NCBI GenBank assembly: GCA_013416795.1
Contig: RQSC01001138.1
Span: 1 to 56,136 of the forward strand
Reading direction: 5' to 3'
Length of the DNA: 56,136 bases
From: Prasinococcaceae sp. CCMP 1430
Taxonomy: Eukaryota; Plantae; Prasinodermophyta
Positions 1 to 11,824 of this stretch are shown here, in pieces (positions within the stretch are counted from its first letter, which is position 1; every line of letters begins with the position of its first letter). The notes under the pieces were generated by a model. The model saw only the letters and a program-made list of their open reading frames with translations, was not told the DNA's origin and made no database searches. Both the position numbers and the translations under genes were made by a program.

Positions 1-139
1 GCCCGCGCGCCCGCCCGCGCGCCCGCCCGCACCCCGGCGCGTGCGGGGTGTGGCGATCCGCTGGCAGACTGCTAATTAGCGCCCGCACGCAGGCCAACAC
101 ATCTTTTTTGGGATCCATTCACCATTATTTCAAGTTTGC

Positions 140-1615
140 TTACATGTACAGGCGGGTGACGTCGCACACAGTCGCCGCAGCTCTGCAGGTGGGGCACTCA
201 GCTTTGCGCGAGAGCGCGTCCTCGATGCATCTGGCGCAGTAGACGTGCCCGCATGGCAGCGCAGCAGGCTCCTGACGTTGGCCGAGGCAAATGGTGCACA
301 CGTCGTTGGAAACGCGTCGGCGTACTTCGTCGGCGGTTTTCTCTTGCAGGGCGAGGAGCTCATGCAATGTCGCACCCTCGATGTGCTGCGAGATGAGCTC
401 ATCCATGTCGACCGGCGGCTGTTCTGAATCCATGAGCAGCGTCGCTGATGGATGGTCCATGGCGCGTCGCACAAACGCGGCGAAGTCGCCGTCCCGACGC
501 ACTGGCTCGTTCGTTGCAGCAGGCGCACCCGCAGTGCGTTGCGCCGCCGTGGGCCGGAGTTGATCGCGCCTAAGTGTTGGGGCGCTTGCCACTCCCTCGC
601 CAAAGTCTTCTGCCTCCGTGAGCGAGTCCACCGCGCGGCGCTCAGGAGCCCATGGTGGGCGTGGCACGGGTGCGCCACTTGTTGCAACGCTTGCGACTGG
701 ATCGTCAAAGTCGTCAGTCTCCGCCAATGAGTCCACTGTGTGGCGCTCAGGAGCCCATGGTGGGCGTGGCACAGGTGCGCCACTTGTTGCGATGCTTGCG
801 ACTGCATCGTCAAACTCGTCTGCCTCCGTCAGTGAGTCTTCTGGATCTGAGAGGTGCAAGTCGTCCATACGAGACCTCAAGAGCGTGCCCTCGAGGCGGG
901 TCAGCACGCGCACCACCTCCTCGGAGGCCGCGTAATCACCCGCTGGGCGAGCCACTGCGAATTGGCATGGCGTCATGTCATCGAGGTCCCGGGCAAGCAG
1001 CGCTCCTGGGTGAGCCTCCACGAGTGTAAGCACGTTTTCGGTCCTCCCCCTGCGCGCCGCGAGGTGCAGCGGCATTCTTCCATCAGCATCACGCCGCGTC
1101 GCCGCGGTTGGGCTGAGGGCGAGCAGCCGCTCCACAATGTTGCTCACCGGCGACGACTGGTCGAGGCCGCCGCACGCGGCGTAGTGCAAGGCGGTGCGCT
1201 GGCGTCTGTGATCTCCCGCCGCGAGCACAGTGTCCACGGCGTCAAAGGGTAGCCTCGCAGACGCACGCTCAACGTCCTCCATGGCCTGGACGATCATTCG
1301 CCGCCACTGCTCGACCAGCGCCTCGGACATCGTCGACCCCACGGCACCCGTTGCGTGCGGCGCTCGTGACATGAGCGGGCAGGCGCTCAGGGTGATGGTG
1401 AGGTGCTCCGCCTCACCCACGAGAAGGCGCAAGGCACGTGCATACGCGTAGCTGCCGCGAACTAGGCGCGCACTGTTGCCCACGCCCTCGGCCGGCGTGA
1501 GGTCGTCGAGCGAGATGCGCAACAGCCTCGCCACGTCTGGCGAGACTGGCCGCGTGAACATGCCCCCCCGGCTGCCGGGGGCGGCTCCGCCGCTCACCGG
1601 CGAAGGCGCATCCAT
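140..1615 (-). CDS. Ankyrin-repeat + C-terminal C3HC4 RING finger protein (putative E3 ligase)
   Basis: Ankyrin motifs TALHYAA and GRMPLHLAARRG; RING CTIC..PCGHVYCARC..CPTC. Start taken at MDAPS (ATG 1615); ORF is open to 1717. Confidence 0.8.
   Translation of the reverse strand: MDAPSPVSGGAAPGSRGGMFTRPVSPDVARLLRISLDDLTPAEGVGNSARLVRGSYAYARALRLLVGEAEHLTITLSACPLMSRAPHATGAVGSTMSEALVEQWRRMIVQAMEDVERASARLPFDAVDTVLAAGDHRRQRTALHYAACGGLDQSSPVSNIVERLLALSPTAATRRDADGRMPLHLAARRGRTENVLTLVEAHPGALLARDLDDMTPCQFAVARPAGDYAASEEVVRVLTRLEGTLLRSRMDDLHLSDPEDSLTEADEFDDAVASIATSGAPVPRPPWAPERHTVDSLAETDDFDDPVASVATSGAPVPRPPWAPERRAVDSLTEAEDFGEGVASAPTLRRDQLRPTAAQRTAGAPAATNEPVRRDGDFAAFVRRAMDHPSATLLMDSEQPPVDMDELISQHIEGATLHELLALQEKTADEVRRRVSNDVCTICLGQRQEPAALPCGHVYCARCIEDALSRKAECPTCRAAATVCDVTRLYM
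601..838. repeat. 105-bp (35-aa) in-frame tandem repeat, about 2.3 copies, within the ankyrin-RING CDS
   Basis: Units start at 601, 706 and 811; peptide unit like DDFDDPVASVATSGAPVPRPPWAPERRAVDSLTEA. Confidence 0.9.
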
Positions 1616-2140
1616 GGCGCCTGCAGGGCCACCCCGTCGCCGCACCCGGCGCAGCGGCGGCCTCGCGCGCGCGGTGTGGCCCAGGTGGCAGCAGCCTCGC
1701 TGCTGTTGCGCTGTCACTCGATGCGCGCGAGCGCGTGCGCGCGCATCCGTCGTGGGTGTTTGCGCGCTCGGATACTTCGACCGGTTCCGAGCGTCGATGA
1801 CCAGGTCTCAACTCCCAAGACCCGGTCGATCTAAAGCGAAACGGGTCACGTGATGTCACATCAGAAGATATACCGGGATCACGCACCGCAACCCAACTGT
1901 GGATGTGTGCGGGTTTGGTTTCAAATCCGAATCCAAACTTCCGTCGTTCCCCGAGCGCGCGCCCCAAGCGTGTGCGCGGTGGGGGGCCACGCTCCCGCGC
2001 GGAGCGCGCGCTCGCCGCGCGGCGGCGCCACAGCGCGCACGACGCACGCGCGCGCGCGGGAGCGGGCGCGCCCGAGGGCCGCGTGCGCCGCCGCGTGCGC
2101 CCCCCGCCCGCGCACGCGGGCGGCGATCGACCGCGGCGCC

Positions 2141-3526
2141 ATGGAGGAGTTTGAAAGGGAACTCAAGGTGGTCATCCTCGGCGACGGCGGCGTGGGCAAG
2201 ACCTCGCTCGTGAGGCGCTTCGCGACGGGCATCTTCACCGATTCATACAAGAAAACGATCGGCGTGGACTTCCTCGAGCGCATGCTGTACCTGCCCGCGC
2301 TGGGCGAGGAGGCGCGCCTCATGCTGTGGGACACCGCTGGCCAGGAGGAGTTCGACACCCTCACGCGTGCGTACTACCGCGGCGCGGCGTGCGCGGTGCT
2401 CGCGTTCTCGACGGTCGACCGCAAGTCGTTCTTCGCAGTGCGCTCGTGGCGCGCGAAACTCGCGGCCGAGTGCGGAAACTCGCTGCCGACCGTGCTCGTG
2501 CAGACCAAGGTGGACCTCATGGGATCGGTTGAGGATGGCGGAGAGGAGGGTGAAGACGGCAAGCGCATCGTCGGACCTGATGAGGCTGAGGGCCTCGCCG
2601 AGCAACTCGGCCTACGCTTCCACCGCATCTCCACCAAGGAGAATCTGGGGGTCGACAGTGTCTTCAGAGATCTCGCCACGCTGGCCATCAACGCGCAGGA
2701 CGCCGCGCCGGTGATGGCCAGCGCCGCGCCAAGAGAGATCAGCGTGGCGGAGATCGGACAGATCGGAGGGGGACAGCAACAGCAGCAGCAGCAGCGGCAA
2801 CCGCCGCAGGCAAAGCGACCGAGCCAGGTGCGTAGCAGCGCGCGAGCGCGCTCGCGCTCCGCACGCAAGCGCGAAACGGCGGAGTCCGGCTCAGGCGCAT
2901 TCGCGCGAGGCCAACGCAAGACCAGCCAGACGAGCTGCGATTGCCCTCGCTCCTCCCCTGACGTGTGCGAATCTGCGCGCGCAGACGTACTCACACGAGA
3001 ATCTCACGTCTCTCGGCGACGATCAGCCTCAAGATCGACCTGAAAGAGATGGCGCCGACGGGGGAGGCGACCTCCGGCAGCGGAGCGCGCGCGAGCCGGG
3101 ACTGCTCGAGGAGGACGGCGCCGCTGGGTACAACGACGGAGGCCGAGCAGGGGGGAGCGGTTACACCACTGCCCCGCCGTCTTGCAGCGTTGATGTCCCA
3201 GGGCAGGTACGCAGGCGCGCGCTCGCGATATGTATATACAGGCACGCGCTCAGGCGCGTGTGCTCGCCAGCGCCTCCCTGTCGATCGCACCCGTGCCGTT
3301 GCCTGCGCGCGGGACCTCGGCTCTGGCCTGACCTTCGCACGCCGCTCGCGTCCAGGAGCAGGAAACCGCGTCCACCCCGAAACGCATCGGCGGCAAACGC
3401 CGTGGCAAGGTGGGCATCGTCGGAGGCGCAGTGAATGTGCCGAGCACGGTCACACTCGTGCCCACCAAGCGCCGCACGAACGGGAAAAAACACCTGCGCG
3501 ACAGATTGAAGTGCACCATTTCGTGA
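2141..3526 (+). CDS. RAB23: Rab23 small GTPase; exons 2141-2827, 2985-3206, 3356-3526
   Basis: GDGGVGKT, YKKTIGVDFLE, WDTAGQEEFD, YYRGA; Rab23-like tail VTLVPTKRRTNGKK..CTIS* (CaaX). Both GT-AG introns are phase 0 with CTGAC branch points. Confidence 0.9.
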
Positions 3527-3788
3527 CACCCAGTAACATACACACTGTGGAGCGTACATCTCGCTAGAGCGGGCAGACACTCCCACGCCGCACTCGTCCG
3601 ACGAAATGCACACTTTCGGTTCGGGATTGAGGTGAGATAGCATCCGCTACACGTGCGGGCACCCATGCCTCGTTGATTATCAGTAGACTAGTCGGACTAG
3701 ACTAGACTATGCAGTACTGTACTACAGGTATCGTACAAGAGGGCCGGCTAAGGGGGGGGGGGACTCACGCCTCGACAGTGCAGGCGAC

Positions 3789-5444
3789 TCAGCGAGGATG
3801 GACGTACATCTCTTCGAAGCGCGCGTCGGACATCTGCAGCACGGCGGCGACTGTCGGCAGCCTCTCGCCTGCGCCCAAGAGCGCACCTTCCCCCTTGTCG
3901 AGTATCCTCGCCACGCGCACCAGCCGCGCGTGCCGCTGCTCGCTGAAGACAAGCAGATAGCCTCCATATTCGCCCGCTCGCAGCCTGGCCAGCTCGGCGT
4001 CCCACGCAGGATCCACGCCACCGGCACACCTACGAGACGATGCGATGTGTCAGACAGCGCCAGGCCATGCCGCGCGCTAGCTCGAGAACATGTGCGGCCG
4101 CTCTCGCGTACGCGTCTCTCACGCCTCGCGCGACCGGCGGGCGGCCTGTCGGTCGCATGCTTACCTCCGAAGGGACGCCAATTTTCGCTCGACCGTCTCG
4201 GTCCGTGCGCGCAGGAGCGATGCGTTGAGCTCGCGGGGAGGCACGCCGAGCAGCGCGCTGAGATGCCGCGCGCGCTCGACCAGCTTCTGCCCAGGTGCGC
4301 GCAGGAGCTCTGGCTTGCGCATGGCCTCTGCGATGGCCTCCTCGAGGCTCAAGTCGAAGGCCTCAGCGATGTAGGCGAGGTTCTTCTCGAGTGCGGCCGG
4401 GGCCCTCGTCAGCAGCTGCGGTTCTCGGCTGACCAGTGAAGTCATCTGGTCGCCGTCCGCCCGCAGCATCTCGCCGAGCCTGCGCAGCCTTTCGCGAATG
4501 CTCTGTGGTGGAAGCGAGAGCACTCCGCGTGCGCGGCGGGCAACGCGTGGGACGCTCGCTCCCGGCAGCAGCTCTCGCAGCGCGGCCGCCGAAGCCTCGA
4601 GGGCCGACGGCGAGCTCGCAAGATACCGGGGACACGCACGCGCCACGCGCAACACTTCCTCTTCCACGTCGGCGGCGATGATGCCCTGTACGCGCAAGGC
4701 CGAGCCGAGCGCCGCTAGGTTGGCCGCGATCGTCTGCGGTGCCATGGCGAGCAGCAGTGGATGCGCCAGGGCGACCCTGCGCGCGTGCGCCGCGTCCACG
4801 CGCAGGCACAAGCCCAGCGCGCCGAGGTTCGACTCGAGCTGCCGAGCGCCGACGCAGAGCAGTGTCGGGTACGCGCGCGCCACGCGCATGGCATCGGCGC
4901 CCGGAGGCAGTGCGCTCGCGAGCGCGCCAACGCTCGCGGAGAGCGAGGCGTCCGAGCGCGAGAGCAGAGCGGGCGCCCTCTCCAATACGCGGGCCACGCC
5001 GTCTGCGTCGGCGCGCAGGGCGTCCCGCAACGCCTCGAGGCGCGACTGCATGCGAAGCGGCGAGAGCGTCATCAGGCCGGGACTAAAGCGCACGATGCGG
5101 TCGGCGGCCGCCCGCGTGAGCGCCGCGCGCAGCACGTCCAGGGTCGCCTCGAGCGACGACGTGCGGCGGTTCGTGAGGGCGCGCCGCTCGGAAGCGCGCA
5201 GCGGGCGCCCCGCGACGAGCTCCAACCACGCGCGGCGCTCCGCGTCGAGCTCGCGGCGCAGCCACCGCTTATCACGCGCGCCAGGTTGCTGCCCTCCGCC
5301 GCCGCGCCCCGCACCACCCTCTCCCCGCTCCCCATCCCCGCCTGCTGCCACTGAGGCTGCGGCAGCGGCCATGTGCGCTCGTAGGGGCACGCATGTGGCG
5401 GCGGAGCAGCGCGCGGCCCGCGCCGCCGCAGCCGCCAGGAGCAT
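3789..5444 (-). CDS. mTERF-like helical repeat protein (paralog 1); exons 5444-4165, 4029-3789
   Basis: Repeated ~35-aa units with P-x-LL motifs (RFSPGLM, RAPALL, AYPTLL, AHPLLL, REPQLL, RKPELL); Ala/Arg-rich transit-like N-terminus; phase-2 intron GTAAGC...CTGAC...TAG joins in frame. Confidence 0.75.
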
Positions 5445-5829
5445 GGCTCCAGCCGCGCGGCCGGAGGCCGCCACTACCGCAGCTGGGCAGGGCGTGCGTG
5501 ACCTCGCGCGCACGCGAGCGCACGCGCGCAGGGCGCGCGCGTGCGCGCGCGTGCGCGCTCTGGCACAACCGCATGTGTGCGCATGCGCGTGCGCATTTGT
5601 GCAGAGCGCCCGCCTGAGCGCCGCGCCCGCCGTCCGCGTCATAACGCGCGCCCGCGCGCTGCAGGCGGCACGGCGCGACAGCGCCCATCGGAGGCCGCGC
5701 GGTCGGGGCGGATCAGGCGAGCTTGCATGCCCTCGTAAGTGGCGCGAGGCGTGGGCGGCGTGGGCGGCGGTCACGAGCCTGAGCTGCGCGGCCGTGGCGC
5801 GCGCGCAGGGCGACGCGGAGCGCTGAGAC

Positions 5830-7120
5830 ATGGCTGGTGGCAGCACCCATGGCGAGGGCGGATTGGACGCCGACGGCGGGGGGTACGAGGAGGGCGGGGC
5901 GGCTGCCGGTGCGCCGGATCAGCCAGTGTTGGGCAGGAGCGCCGCCACGCTGCTCCTCACGATGTACGTCGCGTGCGCTGCTGCCTCGACGGTGCTCACG
6001 ACTGCGTCGCGCTCCAAGGTGACGGGCCGGTACGAATACTGTGTGATCTCGGCAACGCTAGCGTCGGAGACATTGAAGCTGGTGACGTGCCTTTGCATCC
6101 TCGCGCGGCGGGTATGGCTCGCTGAGACGCGGGCGCCTGGCAGCGGCGGGCGCGCCGCCCTTGCACACTACGCCGCGCGCGTGCTGGAGTCGCGGGCGTA
6201 TGCGCTACCTGCTGCGACGTACCTCCTGGACAACAACATCGCATTCGTCGTGCTCGCGTACATGCGACCCTCCGAGGCCGCACTGCTCTCCAACGTGAGC
6301 GTGCTGGTGACGGCGCTGGTCTTTCGTTCTGTCATGCGCCGCACGATATCCCGCGCCCAGTGGAGCGCCCTCACGCAGCTCATGCTCGGCCTCATGGTCA
6401 GCCGCATCGCTGGCGGCGTCGCCGACGGCGGAGGCGACACGATGCACGCGCTCAACCCAGGCCACTTCTTTCTTCTGCTGCAGGTGAGCGCGCCGCGCGC
6501 TGCGACACCTTGCGGTGCCATGACCGCATGCGGTGTCTGCGCAGGAGGCGCGCTGTGTGCGAGTGCACGCGCGCAGGCGTGCAGTCTCTGACGCTCGCCA
6601 TGCACGCGCTCGTGCCTCCTGTGCTCGACAGGTGGGCCTCTCGGCCTTTGCGAACGTGTACACGGAGAGAGTGCTCAAGGACTGGCGGCAGGAAGAGCTC
6701 GCGCTGCAGAACGCGCTGCTGTACGCCTACGGGGCGGGGCTGAACGCGCTGGCACTTTTCCCTACCGCCGCCGCGCAGGGGCGCCTCTCCGACCCCTTTG
6801 GCGGGTGGAACGCGTACACCTTTGCGCTCGTCTTTGCGACAGCCACCACGGGCCTGCTCACCAGCGTGGTGCTCAAGCACCTGAGCACGATGGCCAAGGT
6901 GCTCGCCTCAGGCACCATCATGATCGCCACCGTGCTGCTTTCCGCTGCTGCCTTCGGCCGAGAGCCCCACCTGGCCTTCTACCTGGCGGTGGCGCTCGTG
7001 ATTAACGCGCTGGTCGCGTACAACCAGCCGACCGCCTCGCCCGCCGCCGAGCGCGCCATGTCCGCGCGCGAGGAATGCACGCTCGCCGAGTACGAGGGGG
7101 AGGAGCTGCTGCCGCCGTGA
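5830..7120 (+). CDS. Nucleotide-sugar transporter, SLC35A-like; exons 5830-6483, 6632-7120
   Basis: SETLKL, YALPAATYLLDNNIAF, SAFANVYTE, LQNALLY and TSVVLKHLSTMAK motifs; about 10 hydrophobic segments; phase-0 intron. Confidence 0.85.
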
Positions 7121-7308
7121 CCCCCGCCCACCTCGCCGTCCAATCACTCCTCCTAATATCTGCGCGATTCCTACTCGGCACGTCGACAGTCGCCACGCGA
7201 GTGCTTGTCTCCATCTCTGTATGCGCATGAGCACACTTGCTCGACCTGCGCGGCTGCGCGTGTGGCGCGCGCGCGGCAGAGCGTGCGCGCGGCGCGCCTC
7301 TCACAGAC

Positions 7309-8556
7309 ATGGCGCGACCCCTCGTCGCGTCCCGCGCTCGGGCGGAGCCGCCACGATGGGCCCTTCCTTGGCCGCGGCAGCGGCAGGGCCCGCCGCGACC
7401 GCCGCGGCCGCGGCGCGCTCGGGCGGCCGCTGCGCCGCCGCCAAAGCCGCCCTGCGGTGGGCAGAACGGCGTGGGGGTGGTGAGCGAGAGCGAGAGCGAG
7501 AGCGAGAGCGAAACCAAAGCTGAGGATGTGGTCACGGGTGACGGCACGCTCTCGTGCGTGTACGCCGGCGCCGCGCCGGCGCCGCTCGTCCAGGTGATGC
7601 GAGAGCTCTGGCCAGGGCGCTTTCCGACGCCCACCGCAGCGAAGCGGGCCGTGAGGCGGGGCTCGGTGCGGGTGGGCGGCGAGAGGGCGTCCTTGCGGCA
7701 GCCTCTGGGCGCGACTGGCGCGACCGCGACTGTCGCGTGCGGCGAGCGCGTTGAGATTGATTCCGGTGCGGGCGTGACGGGCGCTCGCGACCAGGTCCAA
7801 GCTCCAGACGAGGATGGTCCTCCGCTCCTAAATGGCCGGCCTCTGCTGCTGGAGGTCTGCTACGAAGATGATGCACTAGCGGTCGTATTCAAGCCTGCGG
7901 GTGTGCCCACGCACGGCAGGAGCCGGCGCTCACTCGCCGGCGCGCTGCCGTACGCGCTCGCGCCCGCGCGCTCACAGCCGGATGCACTGCGTGCTCCGCA
8001 GCACTGTCATCGCCTCGACATGCCCACGAGTGGGTTGGTGGTGGTCGGCAAGACGCGGCGCGCGGTGGACGGCATGCGGCAGCTGTTCGAGTCGCGGCTC
8101 GTGCACAAGACCTACCGCGCGCTCGTCATCCTAGGCAACGCCAGCCATATCTCCGAGGGCGACGCAGGTACCATCGACGCGCCCGTCGGCGGCCGGCGCG
8201 CTCTCACGCACTGGCGCTGCGTGCGGGTCGTGCCCTCGCTGCGCCACGGCGCTCTCGCTGAGCTCGAGCTGCGGCCGCACACAGGGCGCACGCACCAGCT
8301 GCGCGTGCACTGCGCGAGCACGCTGATGTCGCCTATCCTTGGCGACAAATTGTACAGCAGCGACAGCTGCACCACGAACGAGTCGGGCTGTGGGCTGCAC
8401 CTGTGCGCGACGGGCATCGAGTTCGCGCACCCGCTGCGGGGTGCTGAGTGGGGCCCGCCATCGACCGTGTGCGTCACGACTGAGCCACCGCCAAAGTTCG
8501 CCGCTCGGTGTCGACGCGAGGCGCAGCGGTACCAGCGCATGTGTGCAGAGGCATAG
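7309..8556 (+). CDS. RluA/RluD-family pseudouridine synthase with S4-like domain
   Basis: KPAG, catalytic HRLDxxTSG, GRTHQLRVH, PILGDKLY. Confidence 0.9.
   Translation: MARPLVASRARAEPPRWALPWPRQRQGPPRPPRPRRARAAAAPPPKPPCGGQNGVGVVSESESESESETKAEDVVTGDGTLSCVYAGAAPAPLVQVMRELWPGRFPTPTAAKRAVRRGSVRVGGERASLRQPLGATGATATVACGERVEIDSGAGVTGARDQVQAPDEDGPPLLNGRPLLLEVCYEDDALAVVFKPAGVPTHGRSRRSLAGALPYALAPARSQPDALRAPQHCHRLDMPTSGLVVVGKTRRAVDGMRQLFESRLVHKTYRALVILGNASHISEGDAGTIDAPVGGRRALTHWRCVRVVPSLRHGALAELELRPHTGRTHQLRVHCASTLMSPILGDKLYSSDSCTTNESGCGLHLCATGIEFAHPLRGAEWGPPSTVCVTTEPPPKFAARCRREAQRYQRMCAEA
7483..7511. repeat. (AGCGAG)n coding microsatellite giving a Ser-Glu repeat
   Basis: About 4.8 perfect copies, read directly. 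Confidence 0.9.
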
Positions 8557-8821
8557 CGGCTCGGCACTGGACGTGAGCGCGCCCCCGGGCGATGCCGTCC
8601 GGCGCGCTCGAACGCTCAGCACGCGCGCTGGTGCCTCTGTGGACATGTTGGAGCAGAATTGCGCTGGCAGGGGAGTGACACGAGGAGCTCTCGCCGCCGC
8701 ATTTAGTACATAATCAACTAGTCTAATGAATGATGGGTGGGTCGATGGCAACCGGCCCTCGCACGCTGTGCGCGCGCCAAGAGCCGCCGAGTAGCCTCCG
8801 CGTGGCGCGCAGCCACTACGT

Positions 8822-11800
8822 CTACGCCTTCGTGGCCACCACGACATTCGGCGCTGCCGTCGTGCCCGCCTCCTCATCGCCTGTCGCGCCGTTGCCCACG
8901 CCCTTGGTCGCGCCCTCCCCCGTCTGGCCAGGAATTATCTTGCCGTCTTCATCGACGCACTTGGTCGCCGAGTCATACGGCATGGAGCCCGCGAACGACA
9001 GCACAACCGGAAGCACCACGAGGCCGTTGAAGGCGCCCAGCACGATGATGGACACGAGCATACGGTGGAACACCCGAAACACGTACGATTCGGCCAGCCC
9101 AAGAATGGCGACGGGGATCATGGTGGAGATTGCGCCGTCGAGCACCGCGCCGCCGATCTCCCGCAGCGCGCCGCGCGCGCGCGCCAGGCGCGTGCCGCGG
9201 AGCCCCATGAATGCGCGCGCGATGTGCACGCTGTAGTCCACCGCGATGCCTATGGACACCACCAGGAAGACGAACGAGACGGAGTTGTAGCTGAGATCCA
9301 TGATGTACATAAAGCCCAGTAGCTCGACGTCCACCATACCAACCATTGCGAGCAGCACGAGCGCCATCACCACATCGGCCAACAACAGCAGACACACGAC
9401 GAAGACTAGGCACGCCGCGACGATCACGTTGCGCACGGTCTCGCCCTTAATCACAGCGAGGCCCTCCCAGAAGACGAAGGCCTTGGTGTAGACCACGACG
9501 TCCAGATCGGGGGCGGCCTCTTCCGCCGAGGCGCGGATGCTCTTCATTGCGTCGACCTGCTCCATGCCGCTGCCTTGGTGCGTCACGAACGCAAACATGC
9601 GTGTGTGCGAAATGTGCTCAGCGTCGCCCGAGCCGTCGAAGGTCACGTCGGGGGTGTACGCCGATCCCGCGTCGGAGGCGAGGAATGCCTTAAGCGTGGC
9701 TGCCCATGCGTCGTGCTCGGTGAGGTCGCCAGCGTCCACCGCTGCGCTCGTGTCGGCCACGGCGACGATTCCGGCGGGAGTAGTACGCCACGCCTCAAGC
9801 GAGGCGTACCACGAGTCGAGTGGAGGCTTGCGCGAGATCTCCTCGTGCGCGTCCATGGCATCCGTCAGTGCGCTCACCTGGTCCAAGGCGGCATAGTAGT
9901 CATCGTTGGGAGCATCTTGCGTGTATATGCCGAAGGGCACCAGCCTGCCCCTGAAATATGCATCGCGCAGCTCGTAGACGTCTTGCAGCCAGCTTCCTCG
10001 CGGGGTGAACCAGTCGATGTTGAAGTCGGACTCCACGCGGTCGATGCCAACGCCGCCCAGGGCGAGCAGGCCAGCGGCGATGGCCAGCACAACATACCTG
10101 CCCGCCGACGACATCGAGATCGAGGGGAGCCACTCCGCAGCGAGCTTGTATGACAGGCTCTTGGATGGCTCGGAGCTGTCTTTCGCAGGCCCACCGCAGC
10201 ACGTGTTGCCGAGGGCGGCCGGCCGGCAGCACACGCAGTCGCGCCGCTTGGCGTCGCGCCGACGCAGATCCCACGTGAGGAAGGCCACGAAAAACGTCAC
10301 CTGGAAGGCGAAGTCGAACAGGATGCCCAGCGCGGTGTAGCCGCAGAAGGCGCGCAGCGCGGGGAGCGACGTGAACATGCCCGCCACAAAGGCGATGACG
10401 TCCGTGGCAGACGTGACGACGATAGACGACCCCGCCTTGGCGAGAGCGCTCCCAATGCGCTCCTCGACGCTGAGGCCCGCCTCCTGGTCGTGCAAATGCT
10501 CGGGGCCGTACAGGTGCTCCACAATCACAAAGGTGTCGTCGATGCCGATGCCCAACAGGATGAAGAAGGCAACCTGGACGGCCGCGTTGAACTGCAGCCC
10601 CATGAGGCTACCCAGCCCCAAGGAGCACGCGATGGCCATCAGGATGGCCAGCACGGACGGCGCCGTCAGCCACGCCGAGGACTCCACTGCGCGGTTGCTG
10701 CCAAGCACGGACGCTGCATAAAGCATGAGGCACATGCAGCCCGCGCCAAGCACCGTCACGTCCCCCAGAATGGCGTCGCCCTGGATGCCGTCCTCGGCGC
10801 CCTGGAAGAGCGGCTCTGCGCGCAACGCGCGCTCAGCGCCGTCCCACTCGCCGCGCGCGGCGCTCCAGTCACGCGTGGCGGCGCTGGTTGCTCTCTCCCA
10901 CGCGTCCGTCACGGGGTCCAGGTAGTCGTTGTCGATTTCGACCTCGTTGTTCTGGGTCTTGAGAAGCACCTTGAGCGCCTCTGCGGACAGGATGTTGCCG
11001 TCCTCGCCTCGCACAATGCCCGCGATGAGCGAGTTGAACGACAGCGGCCGGCCCAACGCGTCCGTTGCGCCAGCTGCCTCCGCGGCGGAGAGCGTCCCAA
11101 GTACGTCATCGTCGACCTCGAGCGCCGCGCGGTCATACGACCACACGTCGAGCACCGACGCAATGTCGCACGGCGTGCCTGCTCCGCCGGGGCGGTAGCA
11201 CACCTCGGCGTGCTCCCACGTGTACGTCTCATCTTTGTAGGTGGCCTCGGTTGCGAGCACCACGTCCTCATACCAGTCCATCATTTCGAGCAGCTTCGAA
11301 CGCGCGAGCATCGAACCGCCCGCGCTCGTGCCAGGCGCCTCCCAGCCCGCCGAGACGATGTAGACCTCGTTGACCCGCTCGGGGACGCCGTACGTCGCGT
11401 AGACGTACTCCTCAGCGTCAAAGGCGACCGAGTCCTGCGGCGTGAAGAGCCTCTCCGCGCGCGTCTCCTGGTCAAGCTTCATGACGCCCGCGCCGCACGC
11501 GAGGAACACGAGCACACACGCCAAGACGGTCACCCGAGGGCGGCGCGCCACGGCGCGGCCGAGCGCGCCGAAGGCGCGCGTGGTCGCCTCGTCGACTGCG
11601 CGTGCCACAGGCGCGAGCAGCGACGCCCGCGCGGGCGTCGCGGCCGACCGCCGCGCGCCGGGCGCTTCTGCCCGCGCGCGCCGCCCGTTCCCCGCGCGCG
11701 CGCACTCCTGAAACCCCCGACGCGTTGGCGGGAGAGAATTGCGGCGACGCGGATTTGGGCACGTCTTGGCGTCAGTTCGGACGACAAAATGAATCAATCG

Positions 11801-11824
11801 CGAATACGAACACTGTACATTCAT
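8822..11824 (-). CDS. Patched/NPC1-like sterol-sensing-domain (RND) membrane protein; start uncertain
   Basis: Two membrane halves with GIGIDDTF and GIAVDYSVH motifs, SIVVTSATDVIAF, two large lumenal loops; intronless ORF. Confidence 0.88.
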   Translation of the reverse strand: MNVQCSYSRLIHFVVRTDAKTCPNPRRRNSLPPTRRGFQECARAGNGRRARAEAPGARRSAATPARASLLAPVARAVDEATTRAFGALGRAVARRPRVTVLACVLVFLACGAGVMKLDQETRAERLFTPQDSVAFDAEEYVYATYGVPERVNEVYIVSAGWEAPGTSAGGSMLARSKLLEMMDWYEDVVLATEATYKDETYTWEHAEVCYRPGGAGTPCDIASVLDVWSYDRAALEVDDDVLGTLSAAEAAGATDALGRPLSFNSLIAGIVRGEDGNILSAEALKVLLKTQNNEVEIDNDYLDPVTDAWERATSAATRDWSAARGEWDGAERALRAEPLFQGAEDGIQGDAILGDVTVLGAGCMCLMLYAASVLGSNRAVESSAWLTAPSVLAILMAIACSLGLGSLMGLQFNAAVQVAFFILLGIGIDDTFVIVEHLYGPEHLHDQEAGLSVEERIGSALAKAGSSIVVTSATDVIAFVAGMFTSLPALRAFCGYTALGILFDFAFQVTFFVAFLTWDLRRRDAKRRDCVCCRPAALGNTCCGGPAKDSSEPSKSLSYKLAAEWLPSISMSSAGRYVVLAIAAGLLALGGVGIDRVESDFNIDWFTPRGSWLQDVYELRDAYFRGRLVPFGIYTQDAPNDDYYAALDQVSALTDAMDAHEEISRKPPLDSWYASLEAWRTTPAGIVAVADTSAAVDAGDLTEHDAWAATLKAFLASDAGSAYTPDVTFDGSGDAEHISHTRMFAFVTHQGSGMEQVDAMKSIRASAEEAAPDLDVVVYTKAFVFWEGLAVIKGETVRNVIVAACLVFVVCLLLLADVVMALVLLAMVGMVDVELLGFMYIMDLSYNSVSFVFLVVSIGIAVDYSVHIARAFMGLRGTRLARARGALREIGGAVLDGAISTMIPVAILGLAESYVFRVFHRMLVSIIVLGAFNGLVVLPVVLSFAGSMPYDSATKCVDEDGKIIPGQTGEGATKGVGNGATGDEEAGTTAAPNVVVATKA

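Noticed and set aside
4498-5826. Many long Arg/Ala/Pro-rich ORFs, here and throughout the window
   Set aside because: Stop-codon scarcity in GC-rich DNA; they overlap well-supported genes or (CG)n tracts.
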